A DNA stretch of 64,000 nt from Clostridiales bacterium (lineage in GTDB: Bacteria > Bacillota > Clostridia > Oscillospirales > Oscillospiraceae). A program made the translations under genes and the position numbers. Positions 11,719 to 21,209 of the stretch are shown in pieces (the stretch's first letter is position 1; the number at the start of each line of letters is the position of its first letter). Location of the stretch: the NCBI GenBank assembly GCA_021202775.1, contig JAJQCJ010000004.1:4517-68516 (forward strand). Direction: 5' to 3'. Below the pieces are notes generated by a model that had not been told where the DNA came from, made no database searches, and worked only from the letters and a program-made list of their open reading frames with translations.

Positions 11719-12861
11719 ATGGTCAATCGTTTTGTACTCAACGGCATTTCCTATCACGGCAAGGGCGCCATTCAGGAGATCCCCGGCATCATCCAGAGCA
11801 AGGGCTTCCAGAAGGCCTTCGTGGCCTCCGACCCCGACCTGGTCAAGTTCAATGTCACCAAGAAGGTCACTGACCTGCTGGACGCCAACGGCATGGCCTA
11901 TGAGGTCTATTCCGACATCAAGCCCAACCCCACCATTGAGAACGTTCAGAGCGGCGTGGAAGCCTACAAGAAGTCCGGCGCGGACTATATGATCACCATC
12001 GGCGGCGGCTCCTCCATGGACACCGGCAAGGCCATCGGCATCATCATCAACAACCCTGAGTTTGCCGACGTCCGCTCCCTGGAGGGCGTGGCCCCCACCA
12101 AGAACCGCACCGTGTTCACCATCGCCGTCCCCACCACCGCCGGCACCGCCGCTGAGGCCACCATCAACTACGTCATCACCGACGTGCAGAAGAAGCGCAA
12201 GTTCGTCTGCGTGGACGTGAACGACATCCCCGACATCGCCATTGTGGACCCCGACATGATGTCCACCATGCCCAAGGGCCTGACCGCCTCCACCGGTATG
12301 GACGCCCTGACCCATGCCATCGAGGGCTACACCACCAAGGCCGCCTGGGAGCTGGCCGACTGCCTGAACCTGGAGGCCATCAAGCTGATCTCCAAGAACC
12401 TCCGCGCCGCCGTCAAGAACGAGCAGGAGGGCCGTGAGGGCATGGCTCTGGGCCAGTTCGTCACCGGCATGGCCTTCTCCAACGTGGGCCTGGGCATTGC
12501 CCACTCCATGGCCCACACCCTGGGCGCTGTCTATGACACCCCCCACGGCGTCGCCTGCGCCATGATGCTCCCCATCGTCATGGAGTACAACGCCGACGCC
12601 ACCGGCACCAAGTTCAAGGACATCGCCGAGGCCATGGGCGTTGACACCACCGGCATGGATCAGGCCGCCTACCGCAAGGCCGCCATCGACGCCGTCAAGC
12701 AGCTCTCCGCCGACGTGGGCATCCCCACCAAGCTGGAGAAGATGAAGGAGGAGGATCTGGACTTCCTGGCCCAGTCCGCTGCCGCCGATGCCTGCGCCCC
12801 CGGCAACCCCAAGGAGGCCAGCATTGAGGACTTCAAGACCCTGTTCCGCAAGCTGATGTAA
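11719..12861 (+). CDS. iron-containing alcohol dehydrogenase (lactaldehyde / 1,2-propanediol oxidoreductase-like)
   Basis: 380 aa with Fe-ADH motifs GGGSSMDTGKA and PTTAGTAAE and metal-binding His residues in GIAHSMAHTLG and HGVACA. Confidence 0.9.
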   Translation: MVNRFVLNGISYHGKGAIQEIPGIIQSKGFQKAFVASDPDLVKFNVTKKVTDLLDANGMAYEVYSDIKPNPTIENVQSGVEAYKKSGADYMITIGGGSSMDTGKAIGIIINNPEFADVRSLEGVAPTKNRTVFTIAVPTTAGTAAEATINYVITDVQKKRKFVCVDVNDIPDIAIVDPDMMSTMPKGLTASTGMDALTHAIEGYTTKAAWELADCLNLEAIKLISKNLRAAVKNEQEGREGMALGQFVTGMAFSNVGLGIAHSMAHTLGAVYDTPHGVACAMMLPIVMEYNADATGTKFKDIAEAMGVDTTGMDQAAYRKAAIDAVKQLSADVGIPTKLEKMKEEDLDFLAQSAAADACAPGNPKEASIEDFKTLFRKLM

Positions 12862-12874
12862 TCAGAGTTTCACA

Positions 12875-12910
12875 AAAGGCCGGCCTGCCCCGCGCAGGCC
12901 GGCCTTTTCT
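12875..12910. terminator. bidirectional rho-independent terminator (adh / gpr convergent)
   Basis: aaaggccggcctg..caggccggccttt stem flanked by an A-run and a T-run. Confidence 0.7.
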
Positions 12911-12912
12911 GC

Positions 12913-13803
12913 TCAGCTGAGCAGCGCCTCTAGGTCCTCCAGGCTCAGCCCCTGCTGCAGGGCCATGCTGATGCCGTAGCCCAGCAGCTTGGACAGGTCG
13001 GCCACCAGCGCGTCGATCTCCTTGGGGGTCACCAGCAGGGAGGCCAGGTCCTCCTGCCCCTCCGGCTGACCGCCCCACTGGGAGGCCAGCACCTCCGCCC
13101 GGACCACGGTGGGGACGCCCACCGCCACCACCGGCACCCCCAGCGTCTCCTCCGTCAGCGCATAGCGGGCGTTGCCCACCCCGCTGCCGGGGACGATGCC
13201 GGTGTTGCTGAACTGCACCGTGGAGCCCAGCCGCCGGACGCTGCGGGCGCACAGGGCGTCCACCGCGATGACCGCGTCCGGCTTCAGCGCCCCGGCCACG
13301 GCCTGCACCACCTGGCCGCTCTCCAGGCCGGTGGCCCCCAGCACCCCCGCCGCCAGGGCGGAGACGGGGCGGAAGGCCCCGAACACCTCCGGCATCTGCT
13401 CCACCAGATGCCGGGTCACCAGCACCCGGTCCGCCGTCCGGGGGCCTACGGCGTCCGGCGTCACCGCCCGGTTCCCCAGGCCTACCACCAGCACCTGCTC
13501 CGCCTCCGGCGGCAGCAGCCGCGCCACCTGCTGGGCCACGGCCTCCACCGCCTGGGAGAATTGGACGGTGCGCCGGGGCAGCAGGGCCTCCAGGGAGAGG
13601 GTCAGGTACAGCCCCTCCGGCTTGCCCACCTGCTCCGCCCCCCGGGGGCTCAGCACCTCCACCTCGCTGAGGGAGAAGGGGCCGCAGGCCCGCTCCTCCG
13701 AACGGATGCCGGGCAGGTCGCCGGGGTCCCCCTGCCCGGCGCGCCAAAGCTCCCTGGCCTCGTCGATCAGGTCTGAATCATACCGTCTCATCGTCAAAGT
13801 CAC
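12913..13803 (-). CDS. gpr: GPR endopeptidase (spore germination protease)
   Basis: 296 aa. The conserved blocks VLVVGLGNRAVTPDAVGP, AAGVLGATGLESG, AVDALCARSVRRLGSTVQFSNTGIVPGSGVGN and LGVPVVAVGVPTVV match the GPR family. Confidence 0.85.
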   Translation of the reverse strand: MTLTMRRYDSDLIDEARELWRAGQGDPGDLPGIRSEERACGPFSLSEVEVLSPRGAEQVGKPEGLYLTLSLEALLPRRTVQFSQAVEAVAQQVARLLPPEAEQVLVVGLGNRAVTPDAVGPRTADRVLVTRHLVEQMPEVFGAFRPVSALAAGVLGATGLESGQVVQAVAGALKPDAVIAVDALCARSVRRLGSTVQFSNTGIVPGSGVGNARYALTEETLGVPVVAVGVPTVVRAEVLASQWGGQPEGQEDLASLLVTPKEIDALVADLSKLLGYGISMALQQGLSLEDLEALLS

Positions 13804-13870
13804 CTCAAACCAGTCTTGCCCGCGGCGCTGAAAATTATGAAATCTCCCAACAAAAAAACGAAAAAACCAG

Positions 13871-13899
13871 TTGCAAAGGGTTTTCTTTCATGGTATAAT
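13871..13899 (+). promoter_or_regulatory. sigma-A-type promoter for rpsT
   Basis: TTGCAA (13871-13876)-17 nt-TATAAT (13894-13899). Confidence 0.55.
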
Positions 13900-13959
13900 A
13901 TGTGACTGCACAGGTGTAAATTTGGTGCGCCTGCGATGCTGGTACAGGAGGTGTTAGAT

Positions 13960-14223
13960 TTGCCCAATATCAAGTCCGCGAAGAAGCGTGTTCTGGTTGC
14001 CCAGAGCAAGAATGCCCAGAACAAGGCTGCAAAGTCTGAAATGAAGACTCTGATCAAGAACTTTGATGCCAAGGCTGACGAAGGCGACCGCGCTGAGGCC
14101 GCCACCGCCTACAAAGCCGCAATCAAGTGCGTTGACAAGGCTGCCGCGAAGGGCCTGATTCATCGGAACAAGGCCGCTCACAAGAAGAGCCAGATGACCA
14201 TCCGGTTGAACGCGATTGACTGA
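13960..14223 (+). CDS. rpsT: 30S ribosomal protein S20
   Basis: TTG start at 13960, 8 nt after GGAGGTG. The product (M)PNIKSAKKRVLVAQSKNAQNKAAKSEMKT..KGLIHRNKAAHKKS is canonical S20. The track ORF start at 13936 is probably too early. Confidence 0.9.
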   Translation: MPNIKSAKKRVLVAQSKNAQNKAAKSEMKTLIKNFDAKADEGDRAEAATAYKAAIKCVDKAAAKGLIHRNKAAHKKSQMTIRLNAID

Positions 14224-14371
14224 GCATGAGCCATTGATTGGTTAGCATAAGCCGTCTGCCCGGTTTGCAGGCGGTTTTTGCTATTTGTCCCGCCGGTGAT
14301 AAACGGGCTGCGGGGCGCATATCATACCGGGGAAGGCACAGCGCAGGTGCCCCCAGAAAAGAGGTGCTGAT

Positions 14372-15259
14372 ATGGAGAAGAAGGTGAACAGCTGGCTGGA
14401 GCGGATGGCCGCGCGGCATTACCCGGTGCGGTTTCTTTACTGCGTGGTCAACGTCTTTCTGGACCGGCGGATCTCCCGCTCCGGCGCGGAGTTTGCCTAC
14501 TATGCACTGATGACGGTGTTCCCCCTGTTGATTATGGTGATCGGCATCATCGGCGTGCTGCCCATCAGCGATACCCAGGTGCTGGGGGTCATAGCGGCTG
14601 TGCTGCCGGAGCAGATTTATGAGCTGCTGGAGGACTACGTGTCCTACGTCCTGAACAACCTGAGCGTCGCCCTGCTGATCACGGGGCTGATCACCATGCT
14701 GACGGCCTCCTCCGCCGCGTTCCGCAGCCTGATCTCCATCTCCGGCGAGATTTACTGCCAGAGAAGCCTGCGGGGCGTGAAGTATATCCTGTTTTCCGTG
14801 CTGTATTCTGTGCTGCTCATCCTGTTTATCTACTTCACCATGATCATTGTCTTTACGGGCAGCTGGTTCATTCAGGCGGTCAACGACTTCTTCTCCATCT
14901 CCATCCCCACCAGACTGTGGAACTGGTCCAGGGCGGGCATCATGTTCGGCCTGGCCATGCTGCTGCTGATGCTCATTTACCGCATTACCTCCCCCGGCGG
15001 GAAGAACCACCCGCCGGTGGTCAGCGGCGCGCTGTTCGCGTCGCTGGCGCTGACGCTGTTCACCTGGCTGTTCTCCTTCTTCATCACCCTGTCCAATCGG
15101 TATTCCATGATTTACGGCTCCCTGGCCTCCATTGTGCTGCTGATGATGTGGCTGTACTTCTGTGGAACCATCGTGATTCTGGGCAACGTGGTGAACTATG
15201 TGCGCTGGCGGCACAGGCAGGGCCTTGAGGTCAGCTATATTCTGGAGCATGTTCTGTAA
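14372..15259 (+). CDS. YihY/BrkB-family membrane protein
   Basis: 295 aa, polytopic, with the family-typical N-terminal segment RSGAEFAYYALMTVFPLLIM. Confidence 0.8.
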   Translation: MEKKVNSWLERMAARHYPVRFLYCVVNVFLDRRISRSGAEFAYYALMTVFPLLIMVIGIIGVLPISDTQVLGVIAAVLPEQIYELLEDYVSYVLNNLSVALLITGLITMLTASSAAFRSLISISGEIYCQRSLRGVKYILFSVLYSVLLILFIYFTMIIVFTGSWFIQAVNDFFSISIPTRLWNWSRAGIMFGLAMLLLMLIYRITSPGGKNHPPVVSGALFASLALTLFTWLFSFFITLSNRYSMIYGSLASIVLLMMWLYFCGTIVILGNVVNYVRWRHRQGLEVSYILEHVL

Positions 15260-15283
15260 CGTATCCTTTATAAATGTATCGCA

Positions 15284-15334
15284 TCGGACAGAGGGCCGCC
15301 TGACGGCAGAGAAGCCCTCTGTCCGATTCATTTT
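15284..15334 (+). terminator. rho-independent terminator after the YihY-family gene
   Basis: tcggacagagggc (15284-15296) pairs with gccctctgtccga (15314-15326), followed by ttcatttt. Confidence 0.6.
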
Positions 15335-15379
15335 GACACAATCAGATGAAATTTTACAGCAGGAAGAGATGTTTCCCGC

Positions 15380-15408
15380 TTGTCCCCATGAAAGGAATAT
15401 GTTACAAT
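15380..15408 (+). promoter_or_regulatory. sigma-A-type promoter for galK-galT
   Basis: TTGTCC-17 nt-TACAAT with TGt immediately upstream (extended -10). Confidence 0.45.
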
Positions 15409-15500
15409 AAAACCACGGTAAACACAGCCCCGGCAGGCGGCGAACGGGGAAGCTGAGAAACGGCAGCCGCCTGCGCAACAATCTTACAGGAGGAACAGCT

Positions 15501-16814
15501 ATGTTGACAATCCAAGAGCTGCGGGAGCAGTTGACAGGCGGGGCATATGACGCCCGCCTGTCCTATCTTTATTGCCGGCCATCCGGGGAGGTGGCCGATT
15601 TGCGGCAGCGCATCCTGCACGCCACGGAGGGCTTTCAGGCCGCCTTTTCCAGAGGGGACGAGACGGAGGTGGCCGTCTATTCCGCCCCCGGCCGGACGGA
15701 GCTGGGGGGCAACCACACCGACCATCAGGGGGGCAAGGTGCTCACCGGCAGCGTGGACCTGGACGCCCTGGCCGTCTGCGCCAGGAATGGCTCCGCCCTG
15801 GTCAACATCTGGTCGGAGGGCTACGGCCTGATCACGGTGGATACCAATCAGCTGGAGAAGGTGGCGTCGGAGGAGAACACCACCCAGTCCCTGGTGCGGG
15901 GCGTTCTGGCCAGGGTCAGCCAGCTGGGGTATGCCGTGGGCGGCTTTGACGCCTATGTGACCTCCAACGTGCCGGGGGGCAGCGGCCTGTCCTCCTCCGC
16001 CTGCTTCGAGGTGCTGATGGGCGTGGCGGCCAACGCCCTGTTCTGCGGCGGCGCCCTCTCCATGGCCCAGGTGGCCCAGATCGGGCAGTATGCGGAGAAC
16101 GTCTACTTCGGCAAACCCTCCGGCCTGCTGGACCAGATGGGCTGCGCCATGGGCGGCGTGGTCACCATTGACTTTGCCGACGCCGGCAGCCCCGTCTACC
16201 ATGCGGTGGACTTTGACTTTGCGAAAGAGGGCTACGCCCTCTGCATTGTGGACACCGGCGCGGACCATGCGGACATGACCGCCGACTATGCGGCGATGCC
16301 CGCCGAGATGCGGGCTGTGGCGGCCTGCTTCGGCAAGGAAATTTTGTCCCAGGTGGATGAGGGCGCGTTTTACGAAGCGATTCCCGCTGTCCGGGCCGAG
16401 TGCGGCGACCGGGCGGTGCTCCGGGCCATCCACTACTTCTCCGACTGTCATCGGGTGGAGCAGCAGGTGGCCGCTCTGGAGGCGGGGCAGTTTGACCGGT
16501 TCCTGGCGCTGGTGTCGGAGTCCGGCCGTTCCTCCTTCATGTACTTACAGAATATTGCCACCTTCCGGGACAGCGCCTCCCAGCCCGTGGCGGTGGCCCT
16601 GGCTATGGCGGAGCATTTGCTGGCGGGGAAGGGAGCCTTCCGGGTCCACGGCGGTGGCTTTGCCGGCACCATTCAGGCCTTCGTCCCGGTGGAACAGGTG
16701 CCCGGTTTCCGGGCGGGGATGGACGCCCTGCTGGGCGAGGGGGCCTGTCGCGTGACGGCCATCCGCCCGGTGGGGGGCTGCACCTTAATTGGAGAATCGG
16801 AGTTACAGAACTAA
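15501..16814 (+). CDS. galK: galactokinase
   Basis: 437 aa with the galactokinase signature ELGGNHTDHQGG, the GHMP motif PGGSGLSSSA and an AGGAGG RBS. Confidence 0.9.
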   Translation: MLTIQELREQLTGGAYDARLSYLYCRPSGEVADLRQRILHATEGFQAAFSRGDETEVAVYSAPGRTELGGNHTDHQGGKVLTGSVDLDALAVCARNGSALVNIWSEGYGLITVDTNQLEKVASEENTTQSLVRGVLARVSQLGYAVGGFDAYVTSNVPGGSGLSSSACFEVLMGVAANALFCGGALSMAQVAQIGQYAENVYFGKPSGLLDQMGCAMGGVVTIDFADAGSPVYHAVDFDFAKEGYALCIVDTGADHADMTADYAAMPAEMRAVAACFGKEILSQVDEGAFYEAIPAVRAECGDRAVLRAIHYFSDCHRVEQQVAALEAGQFDRFLALVSESGRSSFMYLQNIATFRDSASQPVAVALAMAEHLLAGKGAFRVHGGGFAGTIQAFVPVEQVPGFRAGMDALLGEGACRVTAIRPVGGCTLIGESELQN

Positions 16815-16827
16815 GGAGGGTATCACA

Positions 16828-18321
16828 ATGTTGGAACAGGAAATTTCTCAGTTGGTAGAATACGCGGTGCAAAAGAACTGGCTGGAGGAGGTAGACCGCA
16901 TCTGGGCGGCGAACCAGCTTCTGGCCGCCCTGCACCTGGACGGCTTTGACGGCCTGGTGGAGGTGGACAGCCTTCCCCCCATCCAGACCATCCTGGATAA
17001 GCTCTGCGACTACGCCTACGAAAACGGGGTCATCGAGGGCAACTCCGTCACCTATCGGGACCTCTTTGACACCAAGCTGATGGGCCTGCTGACCCCCAAG
17101 CCCTCCGAGGTCATCGACGAGTTTTTGAACTTCTACGAGGAGAGCCCGGAGGCCGCCACCGACTGGTACTACACCTTCTCCGGGGACACCAACTATATCC
17201 GCCGGGACCGCATCGCCAGGGACCAGAAGTGGACGGTGGAGACGGAGTACGGCACCATCGACATCACCATCAACCTCTCCAAGCCGGAAAAGGACCCCAA
17301 GGCCATCGCGGCGGCGGGAAAGGCCAAAAGCACCAGCTACCCCAAGTGCCAGCTCTGCGCGGAGAACGAGGGCTACCAGGGCCGGCTGAACCACCCCGCC
17401 CGGCAGAATCACCGCATCATTCCCCTGGAGCTGGGGGGAAAGGACTACTTCCTCCAGTACAGCCCCTACGTCTATTATAATGAGCACTGCATTGTCCTCT
17501 GTAAGGACCATGTGCCCATGCACATTGACGAGGTCTGTTTCAACAACCTGCTGGACTTCGTCACCCTGTTTCCCCACTACTTTGTGGGCTCCAACGCGGA
17601 CCTGCCCATCGTGGGAGGCAGCGTGCTGAGCCACGACCACTATCAGGGCGGGCATTATACGTTTGCCATGGCCAAGGCCCCCTGCGAGGAGGCGTTCACC
17701 GTCTCCGGCTATGAAGGGGTGACCTGCGGCCTGGTGAAGTGGCCCATGAGCGTGATCCGCCTGAAGGGGGCCGACCCGAAGCAGGTCGTGGCCCTGGCCA
17801 CCCACATTCTGGCGGCCTGGCGGGGCTACGACGACCCGGCGGCGGACATCCTCCACGAGACGGACGGGACGCCCCACTCCACCATCACCCCCATCGCCCG
17901 CCGGAGAGGGGCGAACTATGAGCTGGATCTGGTGCTGCGGAACAACCGCACCACGGAGGAGTATCCCCTGGGCATCTTCCATCCCCATGACGAGAAGCAC
18001 CACATTAAGAAGGAGAACATCGGCCTCATCGAGGTGATGGGCCTTGCGGTGCTGCCCGCCCGGCTGAAGGAGGAGCTGGAGGTGCTGGAGGACGCCATCT
18101 CCGAGGGCAGAGATCTGATGGCGGACGAGCGCACCGCCAAGCACGCTGTCTGGGCCAACGAAGTGCAGGCCCGGCACCCGGAAATGACCGACGGCAACCG
18201 GATGCGTATCCTCCGGGAAGAGGTCGGCCAGGTCTTTGTGGGCGTGCTGGAGGACGCAGGCGTGTTCAAGCGGACAGAGGAGGGGAAGGCCGCCTTCCAC
18301 CGCTTCCTGGCGACCCTGTGA
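16828..18321 (+). CDS. galT: UDP-glucose--hexose-1-phosphate uridylyltransferase (long Firmicutes type)
   Basis: ATG at 16828 after TAAGGAGGG. 497 aa (MLEQEISQLVEYAVQKNW..) with YPKCQLCAENEGY and the active-site region SHDHYQGG. Confidence 0.9.
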   Translation: MLEQEISQLVEYAVQKNWLEEVDRIWAANQLLAALHLDGFDGLVEVDSLPPIQTILDKLCDYAYENGVIEGNSVTYRDLFDTKLMGLLTPKPSEVIDEFLNFYEESPEAATDWYYTFSGDTNYIRRDRIARDQKWTVETEYGTIDITINLSKPEKDPKAIAAAGKAKSTSYPKCQLCAENEGYQGRLNHPARQNHRIIPLELGGKDYFLQYSPYVYYNEHCIVLCKDHVPMHIDEVCFNNLLDFVTLFPHYFVGSNADLPIVGGSVLSHDHYQGGHYTFAMAKAPCEEAFTVSGYEGVTCGLVKWPMSVIRLKGADPKQVVALATHILAAWRGYDDPAADILHETDGTPHSTITPIARRRGANYELDLVLRNNRTTEEYPLGIFHPHDEKHHIKKENIGLIEVMGLAVLPARLKEELEVLEDAISEGRDLMADERTAKHAVWANEVQARHPEMTDGNRMRILREEVGQVFVGVLEDAGVFKRTEEGKAAFHRFLATL

Positions 18322-18896
18322 GGCGGCCCGTGAAGGGGCGTGTTTGGGCGCTGTTCCTGGCCCTGTGCCTGATGGCGGGCACCCTCACCGGCTGCGGCGG
18401 CGGGGACAAGGCGGAGCAGTCCGCCGCCCCTGCCGAGACGGTCTGCGCCTCCGCAGAGGCCATCAGCGAAGCCACCGGTTTTGTCATGCAGGAGCTGACC
18501 ATTTCGGGGGCGGAGGCCACGAGTTATACCGTCCTGAACGGCACCGTCGGACAGATCGACTATGCCTATGACGGCACCGTCATCGAGCTGCGGATGTCCG
18601 TGCTGAAGGAGGACTATGAGGGCCTGTCCGGCCTCCTGAACGGCAGGAATGCCGGCGGCATCCAGTATGCAGACAGCAAGTTCAGCGACCTGGACGTGTG
18701 GCTGCTGGAGGACACCTATTACTGCGAATTCACCTATGGCGGCGCGGACGGCACGCTGTACTTCTCCCTGTCTCAGACGGACGGCAGCTTTACCGGCTTT
18801 GCGGATATCCTCCTGACCCTGGTGGAGCAGATCGCCCCCGCCGAGGAAGCGGAGGAGGAGACAGAGACGGAAACGGAGGAGGAGGCCGCGGAGTGA
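18318..18896 (+). CDS. hypothetical lipoprotein
   Basis: 192 aa with a signal peptide and lipobox (LMAGTLTGC) and an acidic C-terminal tail (EEAEEETETETEEEAAE). The GTG start overlaps the galT stop (GTGA); an alternative GTG lies at 18330. Confidence 0.6.
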   Translation: MRRPVKGRVWALFLALCLMAGTLTGCGGGDKAEQSAAPAETVCASAEAISEATGFVMQELTISGAEATSYTVLNGTVGQIDYAYDGTVIELRMSVLKEDYEGLSGLLNGRNAGGIQYADSKFSDLDVWLLEDTYYCEFTYGGADGTLYFSLSQTDGSFTGFADILLTLVEQIAPAEEAEEETETETEEEAAE

Positions 18897-18921
18897 TCCG
18901 GGGGCGCCCCATCCGAAAAAC

Positions 18922-18950
18922 TTGCATTTTGCCGTTTCCCGTGTTAAACT
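18922..18950 (+). promoter_or_regulatory. sigma-A-type promoter for the LytTR two-component operon
   Basis: TTGCAT-17 nt-TAAACT with TGt upstream (extended -10). Confidence 0.45.
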
Positions 18951-18993
18951 GTCAGAAAGGAATTGATAAAACGTTTTTTTCGGACGAGGGGGT

Positions 18994-19710
18994 ATGAATG
19001 CCATGCTGCGGATCGCGATTGCGGAGGACGAAGCGGAACACCGCGCACAGCTGACGGAATTTTTGCGGCAATATGGAACGACCTACTCCGTGGAGATGGA
19101 GGTCTCCTGCTTCTCCAGCGGCGTGGAGCTGGTGGAGGGCTACCGGCCGGAGTATGACATCATCCTGCTGGACATCGCCATGCCGAACATGGACGGCATG
19201 GAGGCGGCCCGGCGCATCCGGCAGGTGGATGAGCAGGTGGTGCTGGTGTTCATCACCCAAATGGCCCAGTATGCCATCAACGGCTATGAGGTGGGGGCCC
19301 TGGACTTTATTCTGAAGCCGCTGAACTATGACGTGTTCGCCATGAAGCTGACCAAGGCCATCCGCCGGGCGGAGAGCCGGGAGGGGAAGCGCATTGTGCT
19401 GACCCTGCCCAGCGGCGTCCAGGTGCTGCAAACCAGGGACATCTACTATGTGGAGATTCAGAACCACATCCTGCACTACCACACCAACCAGGGGGACTTT
19501 GCCCTGCGGGGGACGATGCAGAAGGCGGCGCAGGAGCTGGAGCCGTATCATTTCAGCCGGTGCAGCAACTGGTGCCTGGTGAATCTGGCCTATGTGTCCC
19601 AGGTGGATAAGAACGTGGTGACTGTGACGGGGACGCCCCTGGACATCAGCCGCCGGAACCGGTCGGCCTTCATGGCGGCGGTGACGCGGTACATGGGGGG
19701 CAACACATGA
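18994..19710 (+). CDS. LytTR-family response regulator
   Basis: 238 aa. It has a receiver domain (IAIAEDE, ILLDIAMPNMDG, LDFILKP) plus a C-terminal LytTR DNA-binding domain (IYYVEIQNHILHYHT..FSRCSNWCLVNLAYV). An alternative ATG lies at 19003. Confidence 0.9.
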   Translation: MNAMLRIAIAEDEAEHRAQLTEFLRQYGTTYSVEMEVSCFSSGVELVEGYRPEYDIILLDIAMPNMDGMEAARRIRQVDEQVVLVFITQMAQYAINGYEVGALDFILKPLNYDVFAMKLTKAIRRAESREGKRIVLTLPSGVQVLQTRDIYYVEIQNHILHYHTNQGDFALRGTMQKAAQELEPYHFSRCSNWCLVNLAYVSQVDKNVVTVTGTPLDISRRNRSAFMAAVTRYMGGNT

Positions 19711-21008
19711 TGGAGCAAACCTATTGGTCAAATTTCTGCTCCTATGTGTTCTGCTGGGGGTTCTGCCTGGTATTCCTGCTGCCCCTGCCCCGGAGAAGGA
19801 GCTTCCCCCTGTGGGCCGCGGCCTTCCTGCTCCTGAACGGCCTGCTCTGCTTTGGCACGCTGCGCCTGGCGCCGGAGCAAAGCGGCTGGTTTGCCCCTGT
19901 GGAGCTGCTGGCCTCTGCCACGTTGATGACGCTGGCCTGCTGTAAGGTGAAGGCCAGCATCGCCCTGTACTTCGGCGTCTGGTCAACCCTGTGTGTTGCG
20001 CTGCTGGAGGAGATTTATGACCTGCCCTACCTCCATCTGACCTTCCCGGTGCTGGACGGGATGGCGTATCGCGTCGGAATTCTGATGGCGGTCATCTGCA
20101 TCGCCGGCGTGGTGCTGGCCCTGACGGAGCGGAAATGGCTGCCGGTGTACGGCAACGACCATGTGGGGCCCAGGCAGCTGATCTCCGCTGTCATGCTCTA
20201 CATGATTTTCATGGTGCTGATGGGCGTTTACTACGGCCATTCGGAGCTGACCCTGGGCAGCCTTTTGATTCTGATCGGGCAGGCGTACTGCATCACCCTG
20301 CTGTACCTGCAAACGGCCCTGTTCAAAAAGAGCGCCCTCCAGCAGGAGGTGGACACCCTGAACCTGCTGTGGCAGCAGCAGAAGCGGCAGTATGAGTTCT
20401 CCAGGGAAAACATCGCCCGGGTGAATCAGAAGTACCACGACCTGAAGCATATGCTGGCGGCGGTCCGCAGCATGGAGAGCAGTGAGCGCCAGCGCAGCGC
20501 CCTCCAGGAGATCGAGGACTCCGTCCATGGCTACGATCTGAGCGTCAACACCAACAACGAGACGCTGAACACCGTCCTGACGGAGAAGCAGCTGGAGTGT
20601 GACCGCAAGGGCATCACAGTGAACTGCGTGGTGGACGGGGCCAGCGTGGACTTTATGAACCCCGTGGACCTGTACACCATCATGGGCAACGCCATGGACA
20701 ACGCCATCGAGGCCGTCTCCAAATTTGAGCGGCCCCATCTGCGCATCATCGACGTGCTGGTGCACGTCCGGCAGCGGTTCCTGGTCATCAGCATCACCAA
20801 CCCCATGAAGGAGGCGCCCAGCTTTGAGGACGGCCTGCCCGTCTCCACCAAGGAGCGGGACGGCTTCCACGGCTTCGGCATCCGCAGCATCCGCTCCACC
20901 GCGGCAAAGTACGGCGGCGAAACGGTGATCGACACCAGAGACGGCTGCTTTTGCCTGAGCATCACCATCCCCCTGCCGGAGAAAGGACAGGACAAACAGA
21001 AACCATAA
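19707..21008 (+). CDS. AgrC-like (HPK10-type) sensor histidine kinase
   Basis: 433 aa with about 6 N-terminal TM helices, an H-box region YHDLKHML, an N-box GNAMDNAIEA and a G-box GFHGFGIRS. It overlaps the regulator stop (ATGA). Confidence 0.85.
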   Translation: MMEQTYWSNFCSYVFCWGFCLVFLLPLPRRRSFPLWAAAFLLLNGLLCFGTLRLAPEQSGWFAPVELLASATLMTLACCKVKASIALYFGVWSTLCVALLEEIYDLPYLHLTFPVLDGMAYRVGILMAVICIAGVVLALTERKWLPVYGNDHVGPRQLISAVMLYMIFMVLMGVYYGHSELTLGSLLILIGQAYCITLLYLQTALFKKSALQQEVDTLNLLWQQQKRQYEFSRENIARVNQKYHDLKHMLAAVRSMESSERQRSALQEIEDSVHGYDLSVNTNNETLNTVLTEKQLECDRKGITVNCVVDGASVDFMNPVDLYTIMGNAMDNAIEAVSKFERPHLRIIDVLVHVRQRFLVISITNPMKEAPSFEDGLPVSTKERDGFHGFGIRSIRSTAAKYGGETVIDTRDGCFCLSITIPLPEKGQDKQKP

Positions 21009-21031
21009 AGAGAAAATATGCAGCAGATTGT

Positions 21032-21071
21032 CGGTAAGGAAGAAACATCTCCTTCCTTACCGGCTTTTTTT
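21032..21071 (+). terminator. rho-independent terminator after the kinase gene
   Basis: cggtaaggaag..cttccttaccg stem followed by gcttttttt. Confidence 0.7.
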
Positions 21072-21078
21072 GTGCAAT

Positions 21079-21109
21079 ACGACCACTTACGCCACAAAAA
21101 CGACCACTT
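21079..21109 (+). promoter_or_regulatory. pair of 10-bp direct repeats, candidate LytTR regulator binding site
   Basis: ACGACCACTT occurs at 21079-21088 and again at 21100-21109. The start-to-start distance is 21 bp. The pair ends 12 bp upstream of the -35 of the GH2 promoter. Confidence 0.4.
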
Positions 21110-21121
21110 CGGGCAGGGACC

Positions 21122-21150
21122 TTGAAAAATTTTAAGGTAAAAGGTATAAC
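21122..21150 (+). promoter_or_regulatory. sigma-A-type promoter for the GH2 gene
   Basis: TTGAAA (21122-21127)-17 nt-TATAAC (21145-21150). Confidence 0.45.
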
Positions 21151-21209
21151 TTTTTTACAAAAGCCTGAGTACGATGCGGAGCATCAGACCAAAGGATTGG
21201 AGAAAAGAT

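Noticed and set aside
11584-13831. ORFs 11584-12546(-), 12833-13747(-) and 13172-13831(+), which overlap adh and gpr
   Set aside because: They are antisense or alternative frames of genes with clear family motifs. They are Gly/Arg/Pro-rich, have no start context and run across a terminator.
14123-18300. Minus-strand ORFs 14123-15481, 15402-16451 and 16603-18300
   Set aside because: They are antisense shadows of the YihY-family gene, galK and galT. They also span intergenic promoters and terminators, which real genes would not.
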